A DNA stretch of 64,000 bases from Gammaproteobacteria bacterium (GTDB lineage Bacteria; Pseudomonadota; Gammaproteobacteria; Arenicellales; Poriferihabitantaceae), in contig JAJDTE010000018.1 in the NCBI GenBank assembly GCA_022827325.1, positions 7,410 through 71,409 of the forward strand, read 5' to 3'. The translations under genes were made by a program, and so were the position numbers. The notes beneath the pieces were generated by a model. It had not been told where the DNA came from, did no database searches, and saw nothing but the letters and a program-made list of their open reading frames with translations. Of this stretch, positions 39,358 through 48,579 are shown piece by piece (the stretch's first letter is position 1; the number at the start of each line of letters is the position of its first letter).

Positions 39358-40452
39358 ATGAATCAGACAGCCATCGACATCGCCGGTGTGACCAAGTTCT
39401 ATGGCTCGGGACCGGACGCGGTGCGTGCGCTCCACGATATCCATTTCCAGATCCAGCACAACGAATTTTTCACCCTGCTGGGTCCCTCGGGCTGCGGCAA
39501 GACCACATTGCTCCGGATCATCGGCGGATTCGAGGACATCAGCGAGGGAACCCTGAGATTGTTCGGCGAGGATATCCAGGAACTGCCGCCGAACCGGCGC
39601 CCCGTCAACACCGTATTCCAGCATTACGCACTGTTTCCCCACATGAGCATCCGCGACAATGTGGGCTTCGGGCTCAAGATGCAGGGCAGACCCCCGGAGG
39701 AAATCCACCGGCGCTCGGACCAGATGCTGGAGCTGGTCCGGCTGTCGGAGTATGCCGAGCGGCGCCCGTCCCAGCTTTCGGGCGGCCAGAAGCAGCGGGT
39801 GGCGCTAGCCAGGGCCCTGGCCCCGGAGCCCAAGGTGCTGCTGCTGGACGAGCCGTTGTCCGCGCTGGACCTGAAACTGCGCCAGTCCATGCGCCACGAA
39901 CTCAAGCAGATCCGGGAGGAACTCGGCATCACCTTCATCTTCGTCACCCATGACCAGGAAGAGGCCCTGATCATGTCGGACCGCATCGCCGTGATGTCCC
40001 ACGGGGCGCTGCAGCAGGTGGGCACCCCGGAGGAGATCTACAACCACCCGCTGAACCGCTTCGTGGCGGACTTCATCGGCGAGACCAACCTGGTGGAGGT
40101 CCAGGTCCGGGAGATCGGCGACAGCGGTGCTACGGTCACGTTCGCCGGCCACACCCTGGCCTGCAGCGTCAATGAAAACCAGGTCCACGAGCCAGGTGAG
40201 ATCGCCCACATGTCCATACGCCCGGAGCACATCGGCATCACCCCGGGGGAAGAGACGGGAGCTGCCCTCAGGGCGACGGTGCTTCGCAAGATCTTCCTCG
40301 GTACCGACATCCATGTGGCCTGCAGCCTGCCCACGGGCGAGGAACTGGTCGCCCGGGTGCAGAGTACGGCGGCCGGCGTCGCGGCGCTGTCGCCCGGCGA
40401 CGGGGTCACGCTGGATATAGACCCCCACCGAATCGTGCTGCTGGGTGACTGA
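39358..40452 (+). CDS. potA: Polyamine-type ABC transporter ATPase
   Basis: Walker A GPSGCGKTT, signature LSGGQKQRVALARAL, Walker B LLLDEPLSALD, and a TOBE-like C-terminus. I prefer ATG 39358 because the 39319 start would include a 7-bp hairpin at 39324-39342. Confidence 0.9.
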   Translation: MNQTAIDIAGVTKFYGSGPDAVRALHDIHFQIQHNEFFTLLGPSGCGKTTLLRIIGGFEDISEGTLRLFGEDIQELPPNRRPVNTVFQHYALFPHMSIRDNVGFGLKMQGRPPEEIHRRSDQMLELVRLSEYAERRPSQLSGGQKQRVALARALAPEPKVLLLDEPLSALDLKLRQSMRHELKQIREELGITFIFVTHDQEEALIMSDRIAVMSHGALQQVGTPEEIYNHPLNRFVADFIGETNLVEVQVREIGDSGATVTFAGHTLACSVNENQVHEPGEIAHMSIRPEHIGITPGEETGAALRATVLRKIFLGTDIHVACSLPTGEELVARVQSTAAGVAALSPGDGVTLDIDPHRIVLLGD

Positions 40453-40457
40453 GCGCC

Positions 40458-41384
40458 ATGGCCGGACCGGGAAACAGCAGGGGCTTCCAGGGTGTGTTCA
40501 CCCCGCTGCGCTACTGGCTGCTGCTGCCGTCCTGGCTGGTGGTCGGCTTCTTCATGGTGGCGCCGGTACTCATCATGCTGGTGTATTCCTTCCTCACCAA
40601 GGAATTCCGCGGCGGCGTGATCTGGGAATTCACACTCGCGGCCTATGACCAGTTCTTCCTGGACCGGGGACTGTTCGGCGACGAGCCCCCGAAAATCGAG
40701 TGGACCTACATCGGCATCTTCTGGCGCTCGGTCTGGCAGGCCGGGCTTGCCACCGTGCTCTGCCTCCTGATCGGGTTTCCGACCGCCTACTACATTGCCA
40801 CCCGGCCGCCGGCGACCCGCAACATCTGGGTGTTTCTGGTCACCATCCCCTACTGGGTGAACCTGCTGATTCGCACGGTATCGATGAAGTTCCTGATCCG
40901 GGACAACGGCCCCATCAACGAATGGCTGCTGTCCGCCGGACTGATCGCGGAGCCGATCCACCTCATCAACACGCCCGTGGCCGTCCAGCTTGGCCTGTTC
41001 TACAGTTACCTGCCTTTCATGGTGCTGCCCATCTATGCCGCCATCGAGCGGTTCGACTTCTCCCTGTGCGAAGCAGCGGCGGACCTCTACGCCGGGCGCT
41101 GGTTCGCCCTGTGGCACATCATCATTCCCAACGTCAGGCCCGGGATTGTTGCGGGCTGCATCCTGGTGTTCATTCCCAGCCTGGGGGCGTTTCTCGCCCC
41201 GGATCTGCTGGGGGGCGCCAAGAACTTCATGATCGGCTCACTGATCGAGGAACAGTTCAAGGGCACCGCGGGCAACTGGCCGTTCGGCGCCGCGGCATCC
41301 ATGATCCTGCTCAGCGTCGTGCTGGTGGTGCTGTTTTTCAATGCCCGCAACCGGGCGGCCCAGACGTCCGGCGCGGGACACTGA
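40458..41384 (+). CDS. potB: ABC transporter permease (PotB-like)
   Basis: Six hydrophobic segments and an EAA-type loop (EAAADLYAGRWFALWHIIIPNVRPG). Confidence 0.88.
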   Translation: MAGPGNSRGFQGVFTPLRYWLLLPSWLVVGFFMVAPVLIMLVYSFLTKEFRGGVIWEFTLAAYDQFFLDRGLFGDEPPKIEWTYIGIFWRSVWQAGLATVLCLLIGFPTAYYIATRPPATRNIWVFLVTIPYWVNLLIRTVSMKFLIRDNGPINEWLLSAGLIAEPIHLINTPVAVQLGLFYSYLPFMVLPIYAAIERFDFSLCEAAADLYAGRWFALWHIIIPNVRPGIVAGCILVFIPSLGAFLAPDLLGGAKNFMIGSLIEEQFKGTAGNWPFGAAASMILLSVVLVVLFFNARNRAAQTSGAGH

Positions 41385-41387
41385 ACC

Positions 41388-42197
41388 ATGGCACGGAAAA
41401 CCGACATCCGGCATTACCAGGGCTTCCTGCCCATGACCGTGCTTTGCATGGTGCTTTTGTACGGGCCGCTGATCATCGTGATGGTCTACTCGTTCAACGA
41501 TTCGCTGTCCATCACCCGCTGGGGAGGATTCAGCCTGCGCTGGTATTACGATGTCTTCTTCGGCCTGGAGGCGCCGAAATTCCAGAAGGCCGCTTTCAAT
41601 TCCTTCAGTATCGCCATCATGGCGGCGATCACCTCCACCACGATCGCGGTGGCGGCGGCAGTGGGGATGATCCGGGGGGGCCAGTTCCGGGCCAAGACCG
41701 CGAGCTTCGCGCTCATCAGCCTGCCGCTGATGGTGCCCGAGATTGTCACCGCGGTGGCCACCCTGATCTTCTTCACCACGATCGGATTCACCGCGGGCTA
41801 CGCCACCATACTGGTGGCCCATATCGTGTTCTGCATCCCGTTCGCCTATCTCCCCATCGCGGCAAGGCTGGAAGGGATCGAGAACATCTACGAGGAAGCG
41901 GCGATGGACCTCTACGCCAGCCGGGGCCAGGCCTTTTTCCAGGTGCTGATGCCGCTCATGCTGCCGGGCATCATTTCCGGGTTCCTGCTGGCCTTTGTGA
42001 TCTCCCTGGATGATTTCATCATCACCAATTTCGTCAAGGGCGCCGGCATCGAAACGCTTCCCACCGCCATCTTCGGCGCAGTCAAGCAGGGCATCAAGCC
42101 CAATATCATGGCAATCTCCACCCTGCTTCTGCTACTTTCCTTCGTGTTTGTCACCCTGTCCTGGTTTGCTGGCCGGATGGGCTCAAAAAACCCCTAA
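41388..42197 (+). CDS. potC: ABC transporter permease (PotC-like)
   Basis: EAA loop [26 protein letters not shown]. Multi-pass membrane protein. Confidence 0.88.
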   Translation: MARKTDIRHYQGFLPMTVLCMVLLYGPLIIVMVYSFNDSLSITRWGGFSLRWYYDVFFGLEAPKFQKAAFNSFSIAIMAAITSTTIAVAAAVGMIRGGQFRAKTASFALISLPLMVPEIVTAVATLIFFTTIGFTAGYATILVAHIVFCIPFAYLPIAARLEGIENIYEEAAMDLYASRGQAFFQVLMPLMLPGIISGFLLAFVISLDDFIITNFVKGAGIETLPTAIFGAVKQGIKPNIMAISTLLLLLSFVFVTLSWFAGRMGSKNP

Positions 42198-42215
42198 CCA
42201 ATAGAGGATATCATC

Positions 42216-43253
42216 ATGAAAAAAGCATTGTTCACCTGTCTGACAGCTGCGGGCCTGGCCCTAGGCGCCGGACCCGCATTGTCCGCCGGCAAGCTGTCCG
42301 TCTACCACTGGTTCGAATACATCCCGCAGGAATTGCTGGACAAGTTCGCCGCGGAGCATGACGTGGAAGTGACCATGGACACCTACGACTCCAACGAGGC
42401 GCTGCTGGCGGCGCTGAAAGGCGGCAAGCTCGGCAGCTACGATGTTGCCGTTCCCGGGGATTACATGGTGGAGATCCTGGCGAAGGAAGGGATGCTCGAT
42501 ACCATCGCCGCAGGGGAATTGGCGAACAAGGGCAACATCCTGCCGCAATGGGCCGACGTCTCTTTCGATCCCGGCCGCATGCATTCCATCCCCTACCAGT
42601 GGGGCTCCACCAGCTTCACCGTCAACCGGGACGCATTCCAGGGCGACATCCGCACCACGGACATGCTCTTCAATCCCCCGGCGGAACTGTCCGGCAAGAT
42701 CAACGTCCTCGACAGCCAGGGCGAACTGCTGGCGCTGGCCTCCATCCACCTCGGAATCGAGCAATGCTCCAGTGACAAGGAGAAGCTGAAGCAGCTGAAC
42801 GCCCTGGTGCAGGGGGCAAAGGAGCACTGGGCGTCTTTCATTTCCGATGGCGCCAAGGACGTCCTGGTATCCGGGGAAGCGGCAGTCGGCATGATCTGGA
42901 ACGGCTTTTCCGCCAAGGCCCGGGGGGAAAACGCCGCGCTCGAGTATTCCTATCCGAAGGAAGGCTACCTGGTCTGGATGGACAATGTTGTCCTGCTGAA
43001 AGACGCCCCGAACCGGGAGAACGCCCTCAAGTTCATGGATTTCCTGCTTGAGCCGGAAAACGCGGCGGCAGTGACCAACTTCGCCCAGTACACCGCGGGA
43101 GTGGGCGGCGTGGATGACCTGCTGGACGCCGAACTCAAGGCGTCTCCGGAACTCAATCCCCCGGCCGATGCGCCGGCAGGCCAGTTCGTCCAGGTCTGCG
43201 AGGAAGAGACCCAGGTGCTGTACGACGCCATCTGGACCAACCTGAAGAAGTAA
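42216..43253 (+). CDS. potD: Periplasmic polyamine-type substrate-binding protein (PotD/PotF family)
   Basis: Signal peptide MKKALFTCLTAAGLALGAGPALSAG, then LSVYHWFEYIP...IPYQWGSTSF. Confidence 0.88.
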   Translation: MKKALFTCLTAAGLALGAGPALSAGKLSVYHWFEYIPQELLDKFAAEHDVEVTMDTYDSNEALLAALKGGKLGSYDVAVPGDYMVEILAKEGMLDTIAAGELANKGNILPQWADVSFDPGRMHSIPYQWGSTSFTVNRDAFQGDIRTTDMLFNPPAELSGKINVLDSQGELLALASIHLGIEQCSSDKEKLKQLNALVQGAKEHWASFISDGAKDVLVSGEAAVGMIWNGFSAKARGENAALEYSYPKEGYLVWMDNVVLLKDAPNRENALKFMDFLLEPENAAAVTNFAQYTAGVGGVDDLLDAELKASPELNPPADAPAGQFVQVCEEETQVLYDAIWTNLKK

Positions 43254-43275
43254 CCGGGAATCGAACCCGCGCGGG

Positions 43276-43297
43276 CGGGGCCGGCTGTCCGGCCCCG
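43276..43297 (+). terminator. GC hairpin after potD
   Basis: cggggccgg-ctgt-ccggccccg, a 9-bp stem. No U-tract. Confidence 0.4.
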
Positions 43298-43315
43298 TCC
43301 CATCCGGACTGACCG

Positions 43316-43579
43316 ATGCGGGAGTTCGGCAGCTTCCTTTTCTGGCTGTTCGCACTGACCGGCTCCGTGCTGGTCCTCAATCTGGCGATGAAAGCCCTTT
43401 CGCTGCCGGTCGATATCGGCATTGTGGCCGCCATCCTGCCGCTGGTCGTGGCCTTCGCCATTCTGGAACGGGGCGGCGGGGAAAGGATGACGCGGAAGAT
43501 ACTGGCCTACGTGGCCTGGTTCTTCGGCGGCTTTGCGGTCATCGTGCTCACCGCTTCCATGCTGGCCCTGATACAGTGA
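43316..43579 (+). CDS. Small hypothetical membrane protein (three predicted TM helices)
   Basis: 87 aa, strongly hydrophobic (FLFWLFALTGSVLVLNL; IGIVAAILPLVVAFAIL; VAWFFGGFAVIVLTASMLALI). No recognisable family. Confidence 0.5.
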   Translation: MREFGSFLFWLFALTGSVLVLNLAMKALSLPVDIGIVAAILPLVVAFAILERGGGERMTRKILAYVAWFFGGFAVIVLTASMLALIQ

Positions 43580-43600
43580 TCCCGGGGGCAGGGAGCGCCG

Positions 43601-45667
43601 TCAGGCCGGGTTCACCACCTCCCTGCGGAAAGGCAGGGCTCCATCGGTCCCGCCGCTGTCCAGTTCCCGGGCGTAGCGGTGACCGGCGAATGTGGCCCAG
43701 GCAATGGGCGCCGGCGCCTCGGCATCGCCGATGACGCGGACGGTGCGGATGCCCGCATCCTCCCAGTCCTGCTCCCTGGCGGCGAGTGCCCGCCAGAGTC
43801 TGTCATCGCTTTGCTGGGCGGTCACCAGCACCACCGCGTCGGCCTCCAGCAGTCCGCTTTCCCCGGTGTAACTGCATGCCGTGTCCACGCTGTCCCGGCG
43901 TATGCCGGACACCGCGCGGTTGAGAACCAGGGTCACGCCCAGTGCCGCAAGGTGCCGATGGATGGTGCCCTGTTCCAGCGTATTGCCGGTCCACTCGGAA
44001 ACATGGGACGACGGTGTCACCAGGGTTACCGTGGCGCCGTTCTGTACCAGCAGTTCCGCGAGGACACCGCCCATGTAGTAGTGGTCGTCGTCATAAAGGA
44101 CCACCCTGCCCGTGGGCAGATTGCCCCGCATCAGATCGTCCGGCGTATACACGGGCATGCCGGGGTCCGGCTGCAGGGGCCTGACGTGAAACCGGGCCAC
44201 GCCGTCACGGCGCCAGAAGGCCCCGGTGGCCACGGCCACATGCGGGAAACCGTAGTCCATCACCTGGTCGGCATCCAGTTCACTGTCGAGATAGATGTCC
44301 ACGTTGGCCATGCGGCCAAGCTGGTACTGGCGGTAGTCCGCAACCCGGCCCCATGCGGACAGTCCGGGCAGTTGCCGTTCTCTCCGGACCCGGCCCCCGA
44401 TCTCGTCCCCGGCCTCCGCCAGCACCACGTTGTAGCCCCGCTCCCCCAGAACCCGGGCCGCTTCCAGCCCCGCCGGTCCGGCGCCGACCACCAGCACCGG
44501 TCCGCTGTCCCCTTGCGATGCGAACCGTTCGGGGTGCCATCCCCGGCGCCATTCCTCCATGAAGGTGGGGTTCTGGGTACAGCGCGACACGGACATGGTC
44601 ATGTCCCCGGTGATGCAGATATTGCAGCCGATGCATTCACGGATGTCGTCGACCCTGCCCTCGTCGATCTTCCGCGGCAGGAACGGGTCCGCGATGGACG
44701 GCCTCGCGCAGCCGATCAGGTCGAGGATACCGGAGCGGATCTGCCTGACCATGATATCCGGCGAGGTGAATCGACCGACACCGGCCACCGGCTTGCCGGT
44801 CAGTGCCTTGATCCCCGAAACCAGGCTCTCCTGGGCCGCCTCCTCCCTGAAACGGGACGGCCCCGAGCAGTCCTCCCAGCTGCCGTGGGCCAGGTCCCAG
44901 AGATCCGGCAGGTCGGCGTGCATGGCCACCAGGTCCCGTACCTCACTGTTGGTGAAGCCGAGTTCACCGGTAATCTCATCCAGCGAAAGACGCAGCGTGA
45001 TGGCGCACCGGTCCCCGACCGCATCGCGGCATTCCCCGATCAGTTCCCGCATCAGCCGGGAACGGTTTTCAAGGGAGCCGCCGTACTCGTCATCCCGATG
45101 ATTGGTCAGCGTGGACAGGAAATGCTGGATCACCCCGAATCCATGGGCACCGTAGAGGCAGATCAGATCGTACCCCGCGGCCCTGGCCCTCAGGCAGGCG
45201 TCCCGGTGCCAGCGACGCAGTTCCCGGATGTCCCGCTTCGTCATGGCCCTGGCGGATACCGGGTCGTTGGTGAAGGTGCGTACGGGCAGCGCGGTAGGCG
45301 CCATGGGCACTTCCCGGGTATAGAGGTTGGGGCCGTTGATTCCCGAGTAGGCCAGTTCGATGCCCGCGAGTGCGTCGTATTCATGAATCCCGTCCGCCAT
45401 CCTGGCCAGCATCGGGATGTCGTCGTCGTCCCAGATCCGAAGTTCGATGAAGGGCGTGATTTCAGAGGTGTGGTGCAGCTCCACCTGCTCCGTGAATACC
45501 ACCCCCCAGCCGCCTTCCGCCTTGACCCGGCGCATTTCCGCCACCGCCGAGGGGTCGCGGTAACCGCCGCCGTTGCAGTGCGGCACCTGGTAGAAGCGAT
45601 TTTTTGCCCGGACCGGGCCGATGTCCAGGGGCTCGAACAGCAGGTCGTATCTGGGATCCCGTGTCAT
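43601..45667 (-). CDS. Trimethylamine/histamine dehydrogenase-family flavoprotein (FMN + 4Fe-4S + ADP-binding domains)
   Basis: OYE-like N-terminus. Fe-S cysteine motif CIGCNICI...C. Dinucleotide fold VLVVGAGPAGLEAARVLGERGYNVVLAE. Confidence 0.85.
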   Translation of the reverse strand: MTRDPRYDLLFEPLDIGPVRAKNRFYQVPHCNGGGYRDPSAVAEMRRVKAEGGWGVVFTEQVELHHTSEITPFIELRIWDDDDIPMLARMADGIHEYDALAGIELAYSGINGPNLYTREVPMAPTALPVRTFTNDPVSARAMTKRDIRELRRWHRDACLRARAAGYDLICLYGAHGFGVIQHFLSTLTNHRDDEYGGSLENRSRLMRELIGECRDAVGDRCAITLRLSLDEITGELGFTNSEVRDLVAMHADLPDLWDLAHGSWEDCSGPSRFREEAAQESLVSGIKALTGKPVAGVGRFTSPDIMVRQIRSGILDLIGCARPSIADPFLPRKIDEGRVDDIRECIGCNICITGDMTMSVSRCTQNPTFMEEWRRGWHPERFASQGDSGPVLVVGAGPAGLEAARVLGERGYNVVLAEAGDEIGGRVRRERQLPGLSAWGRVADYRQYQLGRMANVDIYLDSELDADQVMDYGFPHVAVATGAFWRRDGVARFHVRPLQPDPGMPVYTPDDLMRGNLPTGRVVLYDDDHYYMGGVLAELLVQNGATVTLVTPSSHVSEWTGNTLEQGTIHRHLAALGVTLVLNRAVSGIRRDSVDTACSYTGESGLLEADAVVLVTAQQSDDRLWRALAAREQDWEDAGIRTVRVIGDAEAPAPIAWATFAGHRYARELDSGGTDGALPFRREVVNPA

Positions 45668-45689
45668 GGGGCGGACCGCCGGAATCCCG

Positions 45690-47138
45690 CTATTCGCCGT
45701 AGATGCTGTCGGACATGCCCGCAGCCTCCTTGACGAAATCCAGGGGCCCGTCCCAACCGAAATTGCGGTACACCGCGGCCAGGTGCGCGAACGGCGGCGC
45801 CTGGGCGAACAGGTGGAACGTCAGGCGGTGTCCTGCGTAGCCCGAGTTCAGCAGGTCCCGGGCGAAGGCCAGCAGCCTGCGCCGGTCATCATGATTCCAG
45901 CGTTCGTTGATGGTGTAGAACTTCCGCATCCAGATGCCGGTATCCTCGCCCTCGAAGGTGTCCAGGTCCGGCGTGACGCAGATCTGTCCACCGCACAGTT
46001 CCCGCGCGAGATGCATCATCGCCGGGAGGTTGGCGCAGGCATGGACTCTGCCGGTCATCAGCAGGGACTGGTTCGGCATCAGGAAACCGCCGGGACTTTC
46101 CTCGGCCAGGGCAATGGAGGCGGTCAGGTGCGCATTGATGCCCTCCCGGTAGACCGCCAGCTGGGCCAGTTTCTCCTGCACCGCCGGCTGTTTCTCGAGG
46201 CCGGTCTGCTTCACGTTCCACAGCGCCGCGCCGATCATCATGTCCGCATAGGTGATCAGGCGCTGCACGAACGGCAGCGCCGAATAGCGGTGCAGCGTGG
46301 TGCGGATGAAGGCGGCGGCCCGGGTGTGCCGGTAGAAGAGCACATCCTCCCAGGGAATCAATACATCATCCAGCACCAGCAGGGTGTCCACCTCGTCGAA
46401 GCGGTTGGACAGGGGGTAGTCGTCCTCCGTGCCCTCGTTCCGGAAACCCGCGCGGCAGATGTGCTTGACCCCGGGTGCATTCATTCTCACGATGCAGCCC
46501 AGCGCATAGTCGGAATAGGTCTCATCTCCCCAGTTGGCGATGGTGGGCTTGAGGAAGGCCTGGTCGGCGTATGCCGCGGCGGTTTCGTACTTGGCCCCGC
46601 GGATGATGATCCCCGCATCGGTTTCCCGCACGACATGGGTCAGCATGTCCGGGTCCTGATCCTGGGGCCGAAGCGAACGGTCCCCCTTCGGGTCGGTGTT
46701 GGCGGAAACGTGGAACGGATCCTCTTCCACCGCCAGGCGGATGTGGTGGTTGATGTTCTCGGCGAACCGCGGGTTGATTTCGTTCAGGATGTCCGCCCCG
46801 TCGGCAAGGGACCACATTTCCCCCACGGTTTCATCCCCCACACGGGTGACCACGCCGCAGATATCCTTCATCACCGCGTCCACTGCACGGCGCTTGGCGT
46901 GCCAGTGCTCCTGCTCCCTGGGAATCTGGTTACCGACCGGGAATTGCTCACCGTTCTCCTCGAAGGTCATGATGTCCCGGGTGGCTTCCTCGTGCTGCAT
47001 GTCATAGATGCGCGCACGCACATCGATCAGCGGCCTGAACTGGGGATGGGCGGTGATGTCCTCCACCCGCTTGCCGTCCATGTAGACTTCCCTGCCGTCC
47101 TGCAGGGCGGCGCGATATTCGTTTCCGGTTCGGATCAT
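45690..47138 (-). CDS. HpaB-family (4-hydroxyphenylacetate 3-hydroxylase-like) two-component flavin monooxygenase, oxygenase subunit
   Basis: ATG 47138 gives MIRTGNEYRAALQDGREVYMDGKRVEDITAHPQFRPLIDVRARIYD, the typical family N-terminus. Length 482 aa. Confidence 0.8.
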   Translation of the reverse strand: MIRTGNEYRAALQDGREVYMDGKRVEDITAHPQFRPLIDVRARIYDMQHEEATRDIMTFEENGEQFPVGNQIPREQEHWHAKRRAVDAVMKDICGVVTRVGDETVGEMWSLADGADILNEINPRFAENINHHIRLAVEEDPFHVSANTDPKGDRSLRPQDQDPDMLTHVVRETDAGIIIRGAKYETAAAYADQAFLKPTIANWGDETYSDYALGCIVRMNAPGVKHICRAGFRNEGTEDDYPLSNRFDEVDTLLVLDDVLIPWEDVLFYRHTRAAAFIRTTLHRYSALPFVQRLITYADMMIGAALWNVKQTGLEKQPAVQEKLAQLAVYREGINAHLTASIALAEESPGGFLMPNQSLLMTGRVHACANLPAMMHLARELCGGQICVTPDLDTFEGEDTGIWMRKFYTINERWNHDDRRRLLAFARDLLNSGYAGHRLTFHLFAQAPPFAHLAAVYRNFGWDGPLDFVKEAAGMSDSIYGE

Positions 47139-47355
47139 GACAGGCCGCAGTGAGATGAAAAAAACGAGTTTCACTGATCCCCGGCGGGGCTGTAAATTAC
47201 TTTTTTCGGGAACACTGCATCGGGATTGCCAAATCATCCGGCTCAGCCCTCCGGGTTCTGGTTCAGCTAACCCAATGCAAGACAGTGAAAAATCCGTTGC
47301 ATGGAGCAGTGGTGTCAGCCCCTATACTCGGGAAACGCCATCCAAGGATCCGCTC

Positions 47356-48504
47356 ATGAATCAGCGACTGTTCCTCGAAGGCATGAGCCACGCGGCCTGC
47401 ACGGTATCCGTCATCACCACGGACGGTCCCCACGGGCGTGCCGGGGTCACGGTGAGCGCCATGACATCGGTGTCCGCCGACCCGCCGACGCTGCTGGTCT
47501 GCGTGCATCAACTGAGTCCAGCCTGCCGGAAACTGATGGATAACGGCGTGTTGTGCGTGAACGTGCTGAGCGAGGGCCAGTCGGTGATTTCGGATACCTT
47601 CGCCGGACGGATCGAGCCCCCCGGACAGGACAAGTTCAGTTGTGCCCGGTGGATCACCCGGTCAACCGGCGCGCCCAACCTGGAAGATGCCCTGATCGCG
47701 TTCGACTGCCGCATCAGCAACCATTTCCAGATCGGCACCCATTTCATTTTTATCGCGGAGCCCCAGGAAATCCATATCCGCCAGCAGGGCAATGCGCTGG
47801 TCTATGCCAACCGCGCCTACGGCGCCACACGGAAACTGGATGAATTCGTCGCGGAGCAGCACGGGGGCGGTAACGCCGATGTTTTGCATATCGCCTGTTT
47901 CGCGACCATCGGGCCGTTTTTCATTCCCAGGCTGGTGCGGACCTTCCTCGAGAAGGCCCCGGACACGATGTTCCAGTTCTTCGAGGGCAGCGAGCGGGAA
48001 ATCGAGGAGGCCAACCGATCCTCGGCGTTCGACCTGATTCTCATGTATGACTCCCCTGCCCTGCCGGAGTGTTCGAAGGAAATTCTGGCCACGGTCCGGC
48101 CCCATGTGCTGCTGCCGGCCGGTCACCCCCTGTGCGAGTCCCACGACATCTCCCTGACGGAACTGGCGGAACACCCGATGATCCTGCTGGACATCTCTCC
48201 GAGCCGGGATTTCTTCACCTCCCTGTTCGCGGAACACGGACTTGAGCCCCAGATCCGGTTCCGCTCGCCCTCCTTCGAAACCGTGCGCGGGATGGTGGCC
48301 AACGGGCTCGGCTATACCATCCTGGTTTCCAGGCCGGCCAGCGCCATGAGCTACGATGGCGGTGCCCTGGCCACCCGTCCCCTGCGGGATTCCGTCACGC
48401 CCGGCCGGCTGATACTGCGCCAAGGCGAAAGGGAGACCCCGTCACCGGTCGCGAAGCGGTTCGCCCGCCACACCCGCGAGTTTTTCGCCCATTGGGGCAT
48501 CTGA
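47356..48504 (+). CDS. Fusion protein: flavin reductase (HpaC/FMN_red-like) domain + LysR-type substrate-binding domain, no HTH
   Basis: ATG 47356 has AAGGA 7 nt upstream. N-terminal domain FLEGMSHAACTVSVITTDGPHGRAGVTVSAMTSVSADPPTLLVCV...HFIFIAEP. C-terminal domain LHIACFATIGPFFIPRLVRTFLEKAPDTMFQFFEGSEREIEEANRSSAFDLILMYD...GLGYTIL. Confidence 0.75.
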   Translation: MNQRLFLEGMSHAACTVSVITTDGPHGRAGVTVSAMTSVSADPPTLLVCVHQLSPACRKLMDNGVLCVNVLSEGQSVISDTFAGRIEPPGQDKFSCARWITRSTGAPNLEDALIAFDCRISNHFQIGTHFIFIAEPQEIHIRQQGNALVYANRAYGATRKLDEFVAEQHGGGNADVLHIACFATIGPFFIPRLVRTFLEKAPDTMFQFFEGSEREIEEANRSSAFDLILMYDSPALPECSKEILATVRPHVLLPAGHPLCESHDISLTELAEHPMILLDISPSRDFFTSLFAEHGLEPQIRFRSPSFETVRGMVANGLGYTILVSRPASAMSYDGGALATRPLRDSVTPGRLILRQGERETPSPVAKRFARHTREFFAHWGI

Positions 48505-48536
48505 CTTGCCGTCCTGGCTGCAACGAGACTGAAATT

Positions 48537-48576
48537 GGCGTACAATTGTTCTCATTATTGAGAACAATTGTACGCC
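48537..48576. repeat. Perfect inverted repeat (18-nt arms, 4-nt spacer) abutting the alkB-like start codon
   Basis: ggcgtacaattgttctca-ttat-tgagaacaattgtacgcc. The right arm ends 3 nt before ATG 48580. Each arm contains the self-complementary core ACAATTGT. Confidence 0.9.
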
Positions 48577-48579
48577 GCG

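Noticed and set aside
43255-43297. A tRNA-like T-arm signature on the minus strand (gcgggttcgattcccgg).
   Set aside because: No acceptor, D or anticodon arms can be built around it. The adjacent strong hairpin is better explained as a post-potD terminator-like structure.
43679-45733. Very long ORFs antisense to the called genes. This one is 684 aa. Others include 5297-6508(-), 10632-11615(+), 13662-15437(+), 19107-20897(+), 22126-23205(-), 24768-26297(-), 45621-47153(+), 52673-54772(+), 57691-58953(-) and 59139-60800(-).
   Set aside because: They are typical high-GC shadow ORFs. The translations are Arg/Pro/Gly/Ala-rich with no recognisable motifs, and the opposite strand encodes proteins with unambiguous family signatures.
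48537-48576. Reading the palindrome arms (GTAC-AATT-GTTC) as Cheo-box/LexA-type SOS operators.
   Set aside because: The match to GAAC-N4-GTTC is imperfect, and that box type is not the one expected for gammaproteobacterial LexA. Without a genome-wide motif search the assignment is unsupported, so I kept it only as a generic palindrome.
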